This document shows, one piece after another, positions 16,475-23,756 of a stretch of 32,000 nucleotides of DNA. Under the pieces are notes generated by a model. The model was not told the origin of the DNA. It saw nothing but the letters and a program-made list of their open reading frames with translations, and searched no databases. A program made the translations under genes and the position numbers. Positions within the stretch are counted from its first letter, which is position 1. Each line of letters opens with the position of its first letter. Source of the DNA: Candidatus Saccharimonadota bacterium (GTDB taxonomy: Bacteria; Patescibacteriota; Saccharimonadia; Saccharimonadales; Saccharimonadaceae); the NCBI GenBank assembly GCA_023898645.1, contig CP060232.1, positions 360,001-392,000 on the forward strand, written 5' to 3'.

Positions 16475-18811
16475 ATGGTGGACATACTCTATATCATAAT
16501 CATCATAGTTTTGGCGGTTTTGCTTTCTAAAAAGCCTAAAGACGAATCTGATGGAGAGCAGTACTATAGGGGGTATCGAGACGGCTGGAAGGCCCTAGGT
16601 AGTCGCGTAAAAGACTTGGTAGAAAAGGGCGATGTAAGTAAGGCCGCGCTGAAATCAGTCATAGCGGGTGATACTGGCGAAAATGTAGCTAGTGACTCGG
16701 TAGTGCACGCAACTAAGAAGCACGCGGCGGCGCATGTGTCGACCAAGAAACAGCTTGTTGACGACGAAAAGCGCTCGATTCGAAATACGAATATCGTGTT
16801 GTATTTGGCGAGCTTTTTGTTTGTTGCTGCAGGAGCGGCGTTTATAGCGGCGGCCGTAGACGACACGGTGAAGTTATTTGGTGTATGGTTACTTGTGGCT
16901 GCGTTTTACGGCGTCGGACTAGTTATGTACGAAGGTACTCCGAAGCTCAAACCGGCTGCCATTGCCTTTGTTGGGACGGGTATGGCACTTTTGCCTTTTG
17001 CTGGCGTAGCCTTGCACCGATACGGTGGCATGAGTAGTGAGGCATCATGGATGGTGACGTCTTTAGTCGGGGTGGTGGCATATTACTGGGCTGCTATACG
17101 ACTTAAAAGTTTAGTCGTGTCGTACCTTACGATGGCGTTTGTCATTTCTCTTGTCAGCAGCTCTGTCGCGACGGCGTCGCTGCCGATAGTATGGGGTTTT
17201 ACGTCGATTATTGTCGTTTCACTTTTAGCTAGCCTGGCCTCATACGTTCGTCCGTCGTGGCTTCCAGCAGTATTTAACGAACCCGTTGAACGTACTGGTC
17301 AAATAGTGACGCCAGTTGCGTTGGTCGCGAGTTTGTTTGTTTACAGCGACCTGTCGCTTCGTGGGTACGAAATTGTGTTCGGCGTGGCAACCGCGCATTA
17401 CATAGTGGCATGGTTGCAAGCGCGTCAGGACATTTATGAAAACGCAGCCCGCGCAGTAGGGCATATTGCATTGTTGCTTGTCGCTTGGGATGTAACTGAC
17501 AGTGATCATGTTGCGTTCGGATTTTGGTTCCTAGGTTTAGCAACGGTGCAATTAGTCTATTCGCTATTGCGCAGACGACTCGGCTACGAAATATGGCTAT
17601 GGGTTGCCATGAGTTTGCAGTTTGTGGCGAATTTATACTGGACTGGATCGGAGCATCCGATGGTGTTGTTTTCATACGGACTGGCAGTTTTGGGCGTGTC
17701 GAGTTTTGCTGTCGCCTATCTATTGCGCTCGGTCAAATTAGCGCTACCTGGTCTTGGTGTTACGGTCTTTTTGCCATTGGTTGTCATGAGAGGTGCTATC
17801 GAACCGCATCTTGAATGGGGCTGGCTTGTGAGTTGGTATTTGTGTGCGGCTGTCTTTGCTCTCTATGCCTACATGGAATGGACGCGCAAACGGTCGGGTG
17901 ATTTCAAGTTGTTTGTTGCGGCTGCTTTTGTGCTGTATGTTTCTATGGCAGCTATATTTTCTGCACTGCTTAGCAATGGTAGTGGCGCTTCCGCTATGGT
18001 GGCGGTCACGGCTCTGCTATTTGTAGCTAGCTATGTCATCAATGTGCCATGGGTGGTGTTTGCTGCCGCCTTTACTGCAGTTGTAGCTATGACGCGATTG
18101 TGGATTTTTTATGACTGGGACCATGAATGGCTTGCCGTTGGCGTGTCGTCTGTAGTGAGTGTTATGTTGTTTGCTGCTAGTTGGGTCATGCTTGCCCTAT
18201 ACGACGAGCGTCGTCGTCCACTCGTACTTTATTCGGCATGGGTAATCGGGACTTTTGGTGCCCTTGGTTCATTCTTTAGCGGTACTGATCCGATCGTGTT
18301 GACGGCGTCGTTGCTGGTAGTAGCCGTGGCAACTTCGGTTATACTCGAAGGCCGTCGTTCTGGTCGCGTGGGCATGGTAGAAGCCGGCGCATATATAGCA
18401 ACGATTGGCGCTCAGCGGATGTTTAGCGTTTGGTTCCCTGATTTAAACATGGTCTTTTATGCACATTGGTGGGCACTTGTTATAGCTGCGGTTGCAGTGG
18501 CGCGAAATCAATACATCCCTAGGATTATGGTAGCTATGGGATTCATCACGTTCTTTACCGGTATATTTGCATTAAACGACGGCGGCAACTATACACTGCT
18601 GTTTCTACTAGAGCATGTCGTACTGGTTGTGGCAGGCGTTTCCACGAATAAAAGCTGGGCAATATGGTGGGGTATTACTGCTTCCTCGTTGGCTGTTCTT
18701 TACTTCTTGCGCGACATTGCCTTTTTGGCATTCGGTTTCTTAGGGCTGCTGCTAATCGGTTTTGTCATATGGCGACTCCTGAAATCTGGCAATAACAGTA
18801 ACGGTAGTTGA
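16475..18811 (+). CDS. Large polytopic membrane protein (about 20 predicted TM helices), unknown function
   Basis: 778-aa ORF. It has one N-terminal TM helix, a charged soluble segment of about 90 aa, then almost continuous hydrophobic helices. It may be DUF2339-like, but I cannot confirm that. Confidence 0.7.
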   Translation: MVDILYIIIIIVLAVLLSKKPKDESDGEQYYRGYRDGWKALGSRVKDLVEKGDVSKAALKSVIAGDTGENVASDSVVHATKKHAAAHVSTKKQLVDDEKRSIRNTNIVLYLASFLFVAAGAAFIAAAVDDTVKLFGVWLLVAAFYGVGLVMYEGTPKLKPAAIAFVGTGMALLPFAGVALHRYGGMSSEASWMVTSLVGVVAYYWAAIRLKSLVVSYLTMAFVISLVSSSVATASLPIVWGFTSIIVVSLLASLASYVRPSWLPAVFNEPVERTGQIVTPVALVASLFVYSDLSLRGYEIVFGVATAHYIVAWLQARQDIYENAARAVGHIALLLVAWDVTDSDHVAFGFWFLGLATVQLVYSLLRRRLGYEIWLWVAMSLQFVANLYWTGSEHPMVLFSYGLAVLGVSSFAVAYLLRSVKLALPGLGVTVFLPLVVMRGAIEPHLEWGWLVSWYLCAAVFALYAYMEWTRKRSGDFKLFVAAAFVLYVSMAAIFSALLSNGSGASAMVAVTALLFVASYVINVPWVVFAAAFTAVVAMTRLWIFYDWDHEWLAVGVSSVVSVMLFAASWVMLALYDERRRPLVLYSAWVIGTFGALGSFFSGTDPIVLTASLLVVAVATSVILEGRRSGRVGMVEAGAYIATIGAQRMFSVWFPDLNMVFYAHWWALVIAAVAVARNQYIPRIMVAMGFITFFTGIFALNDGGNYTLLFLLEHVVLVVAGVSTNKSWAIWWGITASSLAVLYFLRDIAFLAFGFLGLLLIGFVIWRLLKSGNNSNGS

Positions 18812-18836
18812 AATTTCACCACCGTTACTGTACAAT
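18808..18836 (+). promoter_or_regulatory. Candidate promoter for tRNA-Gly
   Basis: TTGAAA (18808-18813, overlapping the upstream stop codon), 17-nt spacer, TACAAT (18831-18836). This is about 15 nt before the tRNA 5' end. Confidence 0.5.
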
Positions 18837-18851
18837 ATTTTGAGTAAATGC

Positions 18852-18927
18852 GCGGGTGTAGCTCAGTTGTTAGAGCGCTTCCTTGCCAAGGAAGAGGTCG
18901 AGAGTTAGAGTCTCTTCACCCGCACCA
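18852..18927 (+). tRNA. tRNA-Gly(GCC), CCA encoded, with noncanonical D loop and T loop
   Basis: Acceptor GCGGGTG/CACCCGC and anticodon loop TTGCCAA (GCC). The D loop is AGTTGTTA and the T loop is TTAGAGT, where AGTTGGTA and TTCGAGT would be usual. Confidence 0.85.
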
Positions 18928-20526
18928 TTTTAGACTTAGAGCCTCTTCGGAGGCTTTTTGTATCTGTTGAGGCAAGGTTCTAACCATTTCTAGCTCGGTA
19001 CGTATGCTTTTAGCGTTCTTAGCCACCGGAATTAGCCACTTATTTGCCTCTATCTCCAGTACACCGTTATTCAATACAGGATTTTGTCCGATTGCCAGCA
19101 ACACCTCTCTTTTAATGGCAATGTCACCATCCCTAAACTTGTCGCTAGCATAGGTTAGCTTATCGAATGTTTGCTCGACTATCTCGTACCAATTCTTTAT
19201 GCGGTGACTGACATCTGCCTGTTCTTCTTGTAGGCGTACCAGGTCGGTCTTAAGAGCGGCGCTTTTGGTTTTATACTCTTCATCGTCAATTAGCGCTCTA
19301 GTTGCCATGTCTAGCAGCTTATCTAGCTGTGACTGAGTACTAGCAATGGCTTTATTCTGCGCATCCTGTACACCGTTGCGCTCATCAATTTCTTTACTGG
19401 CGAATTCGCGTAGGGCATCCATAGTCCACTCGTACATCTTTGGATGCAATTCGTAGCTATCCATTAACTCAAGTAGCATTGCCCATAACTTTTCTTCGCG
19501 CACGTTGATAGACTTTTGCGTACAATCTTTGTTTTTGCCGGTACAATGATAATAAATATACTCGTGACGGTTACCATTTTTCTGTATCTTTATTTTGTGT
19601 TCCGCAGTAATACTTAGGCCGCAGGCGGCGCATCGTATAAATCCTCTTAATGCAAACTGCTTGGTTGATGCTAAACGCGGGAAGCCTTTGTCGCCTAGTA
19701 GCACCTGCACCCTGTCATACTCCTCTTGTGTAATCATTGCGGGGAAATCTGCATCATAAAACTTTTCGGGGGCATATGGGTCGGGCACAAGTCCGGCATA
19801 CCGCACATTGCGCAGTATGTTATACAAGCTGCTACGTGATATGGTGCGGTTGCCTTTGCGTCGGGTGTTTGGCGTTTGGTAGCCCCATTCCTCATTCATA
19901 ATCTTACGAATAGACTGCACGCTATATTCACCGGTCAAGAATAAATCGAACGCCTTGCGGATAAGGTCAAATCGCTCGGGGTCTTTTACGACTATGGCTT
20001 GGCCTCTGCCGCCACCCGAAACCTTGATACGCTCATTTAGGTAACCGGCCGGAGCTATGCCGGTCAGCCCACCCTGCTGCCGTTTCGTGGCATTGCCGCG
20101 TTTTACATCCTTGCTTAGCTTGGCGGAGAAGTATTGTGACTGACTCATGGTCATTTGTAGCATCATCATGCTCTCTGGAGTGTTATCAAAACTAAAGCCA
20201 GAGGCAAACCTGAGGTCTTTAATCTTACCTTGCCGTATGCGCCATGTTATTGAACTTGCATCTACTTCATTGCGGCTCAGTCGGTCAGGGTGCCACGCAA
20301 TAATTCCATCAATTTTGCCCGCATCCACCATAGCGAGCAGCTCTTTGAACAGTGGACGCTTATCCGGCTCGAAAGCACTTTTACTCTCCGGTTCAATCCA
20401 GGCAACAATATTAAGGTCACCGAAACGCTCTTTAATTTTGTCCCGCTGGCTATCCAGTGAAAGTACTTGTCGCTCGGCTTCCTCGGTTGATTTACGCGTG
20501 TATACCGCATATCGTAGATTTTCCAT
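18916..20526 (-). CDS. Large serine recombinase (resolvase domain, recombinase domain, Zn ribbon and coiled coil)
   Basis: N-terminus YAVYTRKSTEE with the catalytic Ser in an R-x-S-T context, followed by IIAWHPDRLSR. Cys cluster CAACG...YYHCTGKNKDC and a C-terminal coiled coil. AAGGAGA RBS precedes ATG 20526. The last 12 nt overlap tRNA-Gly. Confidence 0.85.
   Translation of the reverse strand: MENLRYAVYTRKSTEEAERQVLSLDSQRDKIKERFGDLNIVAWIEPESKSAFEPDKRPLFKELLAMVDAGKIDGIIAWHPDRLSRNEVDASSITWRIRQGKIKDLRFASGFSFDNTPESMMMLQMTMSQSQYFSAKLSKDVKRGNATKRQQGGLTGIAPAGYLNERIKVSGGGRGQAIVVKDPERFDLIRKAFDLFLTGEYSVQSIRKIMNEEWGYQTPNTRRKGNRTISRSSLYNILRNVRYAGLVPDPYAPEKFYDADFPAMITQEEYDRVQVLLGDKGFPRLASTKQFALRGFIRCAACGLSITAEHKIKIQKNGNRHEYIYYHCTGKNKDCTQKSINVREEKLWAMLLELMDSYELHPKMYEWTMDALREFASKEIDERNGVQDAQNKAIASTQSQLDKLLDMATRALIDDEEYKTKSAALKTDLVRLQEEQADVSHRIKNWYEIVEQTFDKLTYASDKFRDGDIAIKREVLLAIGQNPVLNNGVLEIEANKWLIPVAKNAKSIRTELEMVRTLPQQIQKASEEALSLKWCG
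18941..18960 (+). terminator. Rho-independent terminator after tRNA-Gly
   Basis: GCCTC-TTCG-GAGGC followed by TTTTTG. It lies inside the antisense 3' end of the recombinase ORF. Confidence 0.7.
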
Positions 20527-20546
20527 TTATCTCCTTGAACCAAAAT

Positions 20547-20682
20547 GGACGGCAGGTTGTTGACACAGGCCACAGCGCAAAGCTATCTCCTGATACCTGC
20601 CGCCCATAAATGGTCGGGAAATAAAAACACCTTGCGCGTTTTTTGTAGCTTGTGTCAACGCTACTATTATACCACTTATTAA
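20547..20682 (-). promoter_or_regulatory. Recombinase promoter and leader of about 140 nt with interleaved inverted repeats
   Basis: Minus-strand extended -10 TGgTATAAT (20682-20674). Inverted repeat B: GGACGGCAGGT (20547-20557) with ACCTGCCGCCC (20594-20604), 10 of 11 positions paired. Inverted repeat A: GTTGACACA (20559-20567) with TGTGTCAAC (20651-20659), 9 of 9 paired. Confidence 0.45.
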
Positions 20683-20696
20683 GGCGGGTGGGCGAC

Positions 20697-22139
20697 TTAC
20701 CATTTGCCGCCCAGATTTATGCGTGTTCCACCCACACCACCATCCCCTATATTGTCTGTAATAAGGTTGTTTTGTTCGTCCAAGAACACCTTAATATAGA
20801 TATGCATACTACGTTTGTCACCGATTTCGGGCTGTTTCTGAACGATAAAGCCACTATTTTCTAGCAATGGCAGTATCTGCTTACGCAAACGCTCATCGTC
20901 CATCAGAGCATTTTCGGTGCGCAAATAGTAGTTACTCAAGTCCTGGCGACTTAGACCGATAAAACCTCTGTCCATATTAGCCTGCTCGCGCCGGTGCTTA
21001 TCGTTCCATGCTGGCAATATGTATTTCTTGTAGAAGTGCAGAACGGCCGGAGGCACGTTGAGGTTTTGGCTCGTTGCGATAGCGCCCCATAGTCTAAAAG
21101 CCTGGTCTATGTCTGACTGACTGGCGACAATCATTCCGTCGGGCTGTTTGCGAAACCATACGTTTAGCAGTGCGATTGCTTTAATTAGCTCCATCAGGTG
21201 TCGGATATCGCGTGCATGACGCGGCTTTAGCCTCGGAAAAGAATTCCTGAAACGCCTCTCGATGGCTTCCTTGCTAGGCACTACAATGCTATCAACGTGC
21301 TCAAAGCGTATAGCAATAATACGCTGCATCAGTTCTGCGCGCGCGGGCTGTTCGTCTAGCCACTGCTTAAATGCCTTGCGGTCAGCGCCGCGCTGCACCT
21401 CCAAGTGAACCGCGCTGCTTAACTTAGCTTCGGTAACTTCTGGGCTAAGCAGTAAAAACCGTGTAGCTTCTTGCTCATCTAGTAGCATATTTGCCGAACA
21501 AAAAACTGTTGCCGGAAAGCCACGCAGTATGATGTGCTCGGTGCGGTTGGCGCCCTTGTTCTTATTGGTCATTTTGTAATGCAAGTCACGGTCATCTTTG
21601 GATAGCAGCGCCCGTAGCTTCTCTTGTAGTAGCGGGTTGGGCTGTTCATATAGGAGTAAAATCTTGCGCTCAAGCGACACAACTTTAGCGCCACGCTCAA
21701 CATCGTCCACGCCGCGACTATAGAAGAATGAAGTCGGTGACGCCCCGCTCAGCGGTACTTTATCTACTTCGGGGAATAGCTTGGCAATTTCACTCGTTAG
21801 ATAAGTTTTGCCGGAGCTGCTTTGAGCATTAAAACTGATGTTAATTTGGTCTTCCGAAGTGTAAGCGCTCAGCATACCCAAAAAGCCAATAGCTTTATTC
21901 TCGTTATCGTCTTTGATGGTAAGTGATAACACTTCCATCACATCATCAACCGTCATCTCGCTAAATTGCGCAACATCTATGGCGGCGTTAATCTCGGCAA
22001 GTTCTGCCTCTAGCTCACGCTCCCGCGCTATTACTGGGTCTTCTTTTTGCTCTACTTTTTTGGATTTTAGCTGTTCGTATTTTGGCACCGGTGCCGGTGC
22101 ATTCGCGATTTCACTCACTGGTTTTAATCTCCTCGTCAT
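20697..22139 (-). CDS. P-loop NTPase, probable SF3-helicase-like replication initiator of the island
   Basis: Walker A NAQSSSGKTY, Walker-B-like KILLLYEQ, and an FCSAN block resembling SF3 motif C. The N-terminus is charged and coiled, and the C-terminus looks like a winged helix. The family is inferred from motifs only. Confidence 0.55.
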   Translation of the reverse strand: MTRRLKPVSEIANAPAPVPKYEQLKSKKVEQKEDPVIARERELEAELAEINAAIDVAQFSEMTVDDVMEVLSLTIKDDNENKAIGFLGMLSAYTSEDQINISFNAQSSSGKTYLTSEIAKLFPEVDKVPLSGASPTSFFYSRGVDDVERGAKVVSLERKILLLYEQPNPLLQEKLRALLSKDDRDLHYKMTNKNKGANRTEHIILRGFPATVFCSANMLLDEQEATRFLLLSPEVTEAKLSSAVHLEVQRGADRKAFKQWLDEQPARAELMQRIIAIRFEHVDSIVVPSKEAIERRFRNSFPRLKPRHARDIRHLMELIKAIALLNVWFRKQPDGMIVASQSDIDQAFRLWGAIATSQNLNVPPAVLHFYKKYILPAWNDKHRREQANMDRGFIGLSRQDLSNYYLRTENALMDDERLRKQILPLLENSGFIVQKQPEIGDKRSMHIYIKVFLDEQNNLITDNIGDGGVGGTRINLGGKW

Positions 22140-22290
22140 TACTTAATTGCTGTTGAATATGAGCCTTAGCAAGTACGAACCGCATAATTGACAGGCCAGC
22201 CTCTTGAGCTTGTTCGTCGGTGACATCTAGCCCATGTAGCTCAAGCAGGAGTGCCCGCAATTCTTGTATCCGTTCATTACTAAGGCGCAT
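22111..22290 (-). CDS. Small hypothetical protein (59 aa), below the ORF-track cutoff
   Basis: My hand translation gives MRLSNERIQELRALLLELHGLDVTDEQAQEAGLSIMRFVLAKAHIQQQLSNDEEIKTSE. Its end overlaps the start of the P-loop gene by 29 nt, which suggests translational coupling. No clear RBS. Confidence 0.4.
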   Translation of the reverse strand: MRLSNERIQELRALLLELHGLDVTDEQAQEAGLSIMRFVLAKAHIQQQLSNDEEIKTSE

Positions 22291-22298
22291 TTTTAGGC

Positions 22299-22493
22299 CT
22301 ATTTATTCGGTAGCAGATTACTAGTCCGCTTTAGCATTTCTAGGTTTTTGTAGTATGTGCGTGCTCGCACAGTAAGAGTGTTTTGTTGGTACCTTTTGAC
22401 ACACCTCGTCATGCGCTCGGTACTTCCGAATAGAAAATATGCCCGCCCATTACTGTGCTGTATTTCATGTAACCGGATGCGATGATTTAACAA
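22299..22493 (-). CDS. Small protein resembling the DUF5659 family (phage and candidate-phyla-associated)
   Basis: The DIGLAAALLNHRIRLHEI...GRAYFLF...TLTVRARTYYKNLEMLK pattern matches my recollection of DUF5659. The frame is open upstream to 22577, and AAGGAGG (22556-22550) sits 8 nt before a CTG at 22541. The true start is therefore uncertain: TTG 22493 or further upstream. Confidence 0.5.
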   Translation of the reverse strand: MLNHRIRLHEIQHSNGRAYFLFGSTERMTRCVKRYQQNTLTVRARTYYKNLEMLKRTSNLLPNK

Positions 22494-22562
22494 CGCCGCA
22501 GCCAGCCCTATATCATTAACTTTTCTAATTTTGGTAGCCAGTTTATTGCCCTCCTTGATGGG

Positions 22563-22596
22563 TGTAAAAATACCCGCTTAGTTTGTGCGGGTATTT
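22563..22596 (-). terminator. Rho-independent terminator after the 283-aa gene
   Basis: On the minus strand, AAATACCCGC-(9 nt)-GCGGGTATTT is followed by TT, so that with the stem's terminal TTT the T-run reads TTTTT. Confidence 0.7.
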
Positions 22597-22624
22597 GTAT
22601 CACTAGGGGCAATCTGAAAACTTT

Positions 22625-23476
22625 TCAGACGGATTTCAGATAGGATTTGTCTATGTAGTATTTAACCTCGTCATAAATTATCAGCTTTGGCACGCCAGTC
22701 ACCTCATTTATCTTGCGATTTATTTCATTCAGATGATTTTTTGCCAGCTTACGCTGTCGGGCATCGAATTTATCCGCCCTAACAGATGTAATTGAACGCA
22801 GCAGCACACCATCGCGCAGGGTATTGACAGATTTGAAGAGCTTACGCATTGCACCACCCTGAGTAGGCTCTTTGGCTGCTTTACCACGTCTATTTTTTTG
22901 CCCAATAATCACTATCTCGCACCCGCCAAAGTACAGTGTGCCCGTATCCGCATCATAGCTTCGTATAGTAATTGAATGCGGCTCAGCGCCTAGCTCTATG
23001 ACTGGCGGTGCTGCCGCAACAATGTCGGTCGCGGCGGTGGGGGTCACGCTTTCATCGTGCCTAGCTAGCTGTTCTTTGAGCTTCTCGTCGGTTGCGACAA
23101 ATTCCGCATATGGTATCTTCCTCACAGTGCTCACTCCAGCGGCAATTTCCTGCTTCTCATAATGCACGCTCACTAATTCGACAGCGTGCTCCACTAGCGC
23201 CATGCTAAGTATCACCTCAAAGAACTTCGGAACGCCATCAATTTCGCCCCTCACCGCTTGGTGATAGCCGAAGCCATCTGCGTACAGTTGTTTCATGACT
23301 GCCACTAGACGGTCACGTTGAACTTCGTAACTAGGCACAGCCTCTGGCGTGCCCGTAGTTAATCTGCCCTGCACGAACGCATTAAGATATTCCGCCAATT
23401 CCTTGTCGGTTGTTTTGCTAGCTATCGCGCGCTGCGTCGCCGCAAATACATCATCAATATTTCGGTATGTTTGCAT
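22625..23476 (-). CDS. Hypothetical protein (283 aa); the C-terminal region may be a winged-helix DNA-binding domain
   Basis: Clean ORF with its own terminator. The C-terminal 90 aa (LYFGGCEIVI...RKLAKNHLNEINRKINEVTGVPKLI...YYID) loosely resembles an OmpR/PhoB-type effector domain. I recognise no motifs in the N-terminal half. Confidence 0.55.
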   Translation of the reverse strand: MQTYRNIDDVFAATQRAIASKTTDKELAEYLNAFVQGRLTTGTPEAVPSYEVQRDRLVAVMKQLYADGFGYHQAVRGEIDGVPKFFEVILSMALVEHAVELVSVHYEKQEIAAGVSTVRKIPYAEFVATDEKLKEQLARHDESVTPTAATDIVAAAPPVIELGAEPHSITIRSYDADTGTLYFGGCEIVIIGQKNRRGKAAKEPTQGGAMRKLFKSVNTLRDGVLLRSITSVRADKFDARQRKLAKNHLNEINRKINEVTGVPKLIIYDEVKYYIDKSYLKSV

Positions 23477-23544
23477 TTAGCTCCTGTGTCCACACCCAAT
23501 CCCTATATTTTCTGCTAACCGATGTGCAACGGCAAGCACAAGAG

Positions 23545-23592
23545 GTTACATAACCATAGACACTATGCATGTAACAGGGGTGGTGTTATAAT
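23545..23592 (+). promoter_or_regulatory. Promoter of the R-M operon leader with a flanking inverted repeat
   Basis: Extended -10 TGtTATAAT (23584-23592). Inverted repeat GTTACAT (23545-23551) with ATGTAAC (23569-23575) spans the -35 zone and may be an operator. Confidence 0.45.
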
Positions 23593-23598
23593 TAGCGA

Positions 23599-23730
23599 GT
23601 CTTACTATCAAAACAAGTCAGAACGCATTTCATTGCGGTTCGCCACGAAAAGCGGCACCGCATAAGCATTTTGGCGAAAGCTGACTTGTGAATGGTAGTA
23701 AGACACCTTGCGGTGTCGCTTTTTATTTTC
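23599..23730 (+). ncRNA. Structured leader or small RNA of about 130 nt ending in an intrinsic terminator, upstream of the R-M operon
   Basis: P1: 23599-23607 pairs with 23696-23704 (9 bp). P2: 23614-23621 pairs with 23681-23688 (8 bp). Inner helix TTCGCC/GGCGAA (23639-44 with 23673-78), or alternatively TGCGGT/ACCGCA. Terminator GACACC-TTGC-GGTGTC (23702-23717) followed by GCTTTTTATTTT. Confidence 0.5.
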
Positions 23731-23756
23731 GCCGCAATTTACGGAAAGGAGCAGGA

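Noticed and set aside
22612-22628. Palindrome TCTGAAAA-c-TTTTCAGA overlapping the stop codon of the 283-aa gene.
   Set aside because: The 1-nt spacer prevents a stable full hairpin, and the palindrome occurs only once. I noted it but could not support it as a regulatory site.
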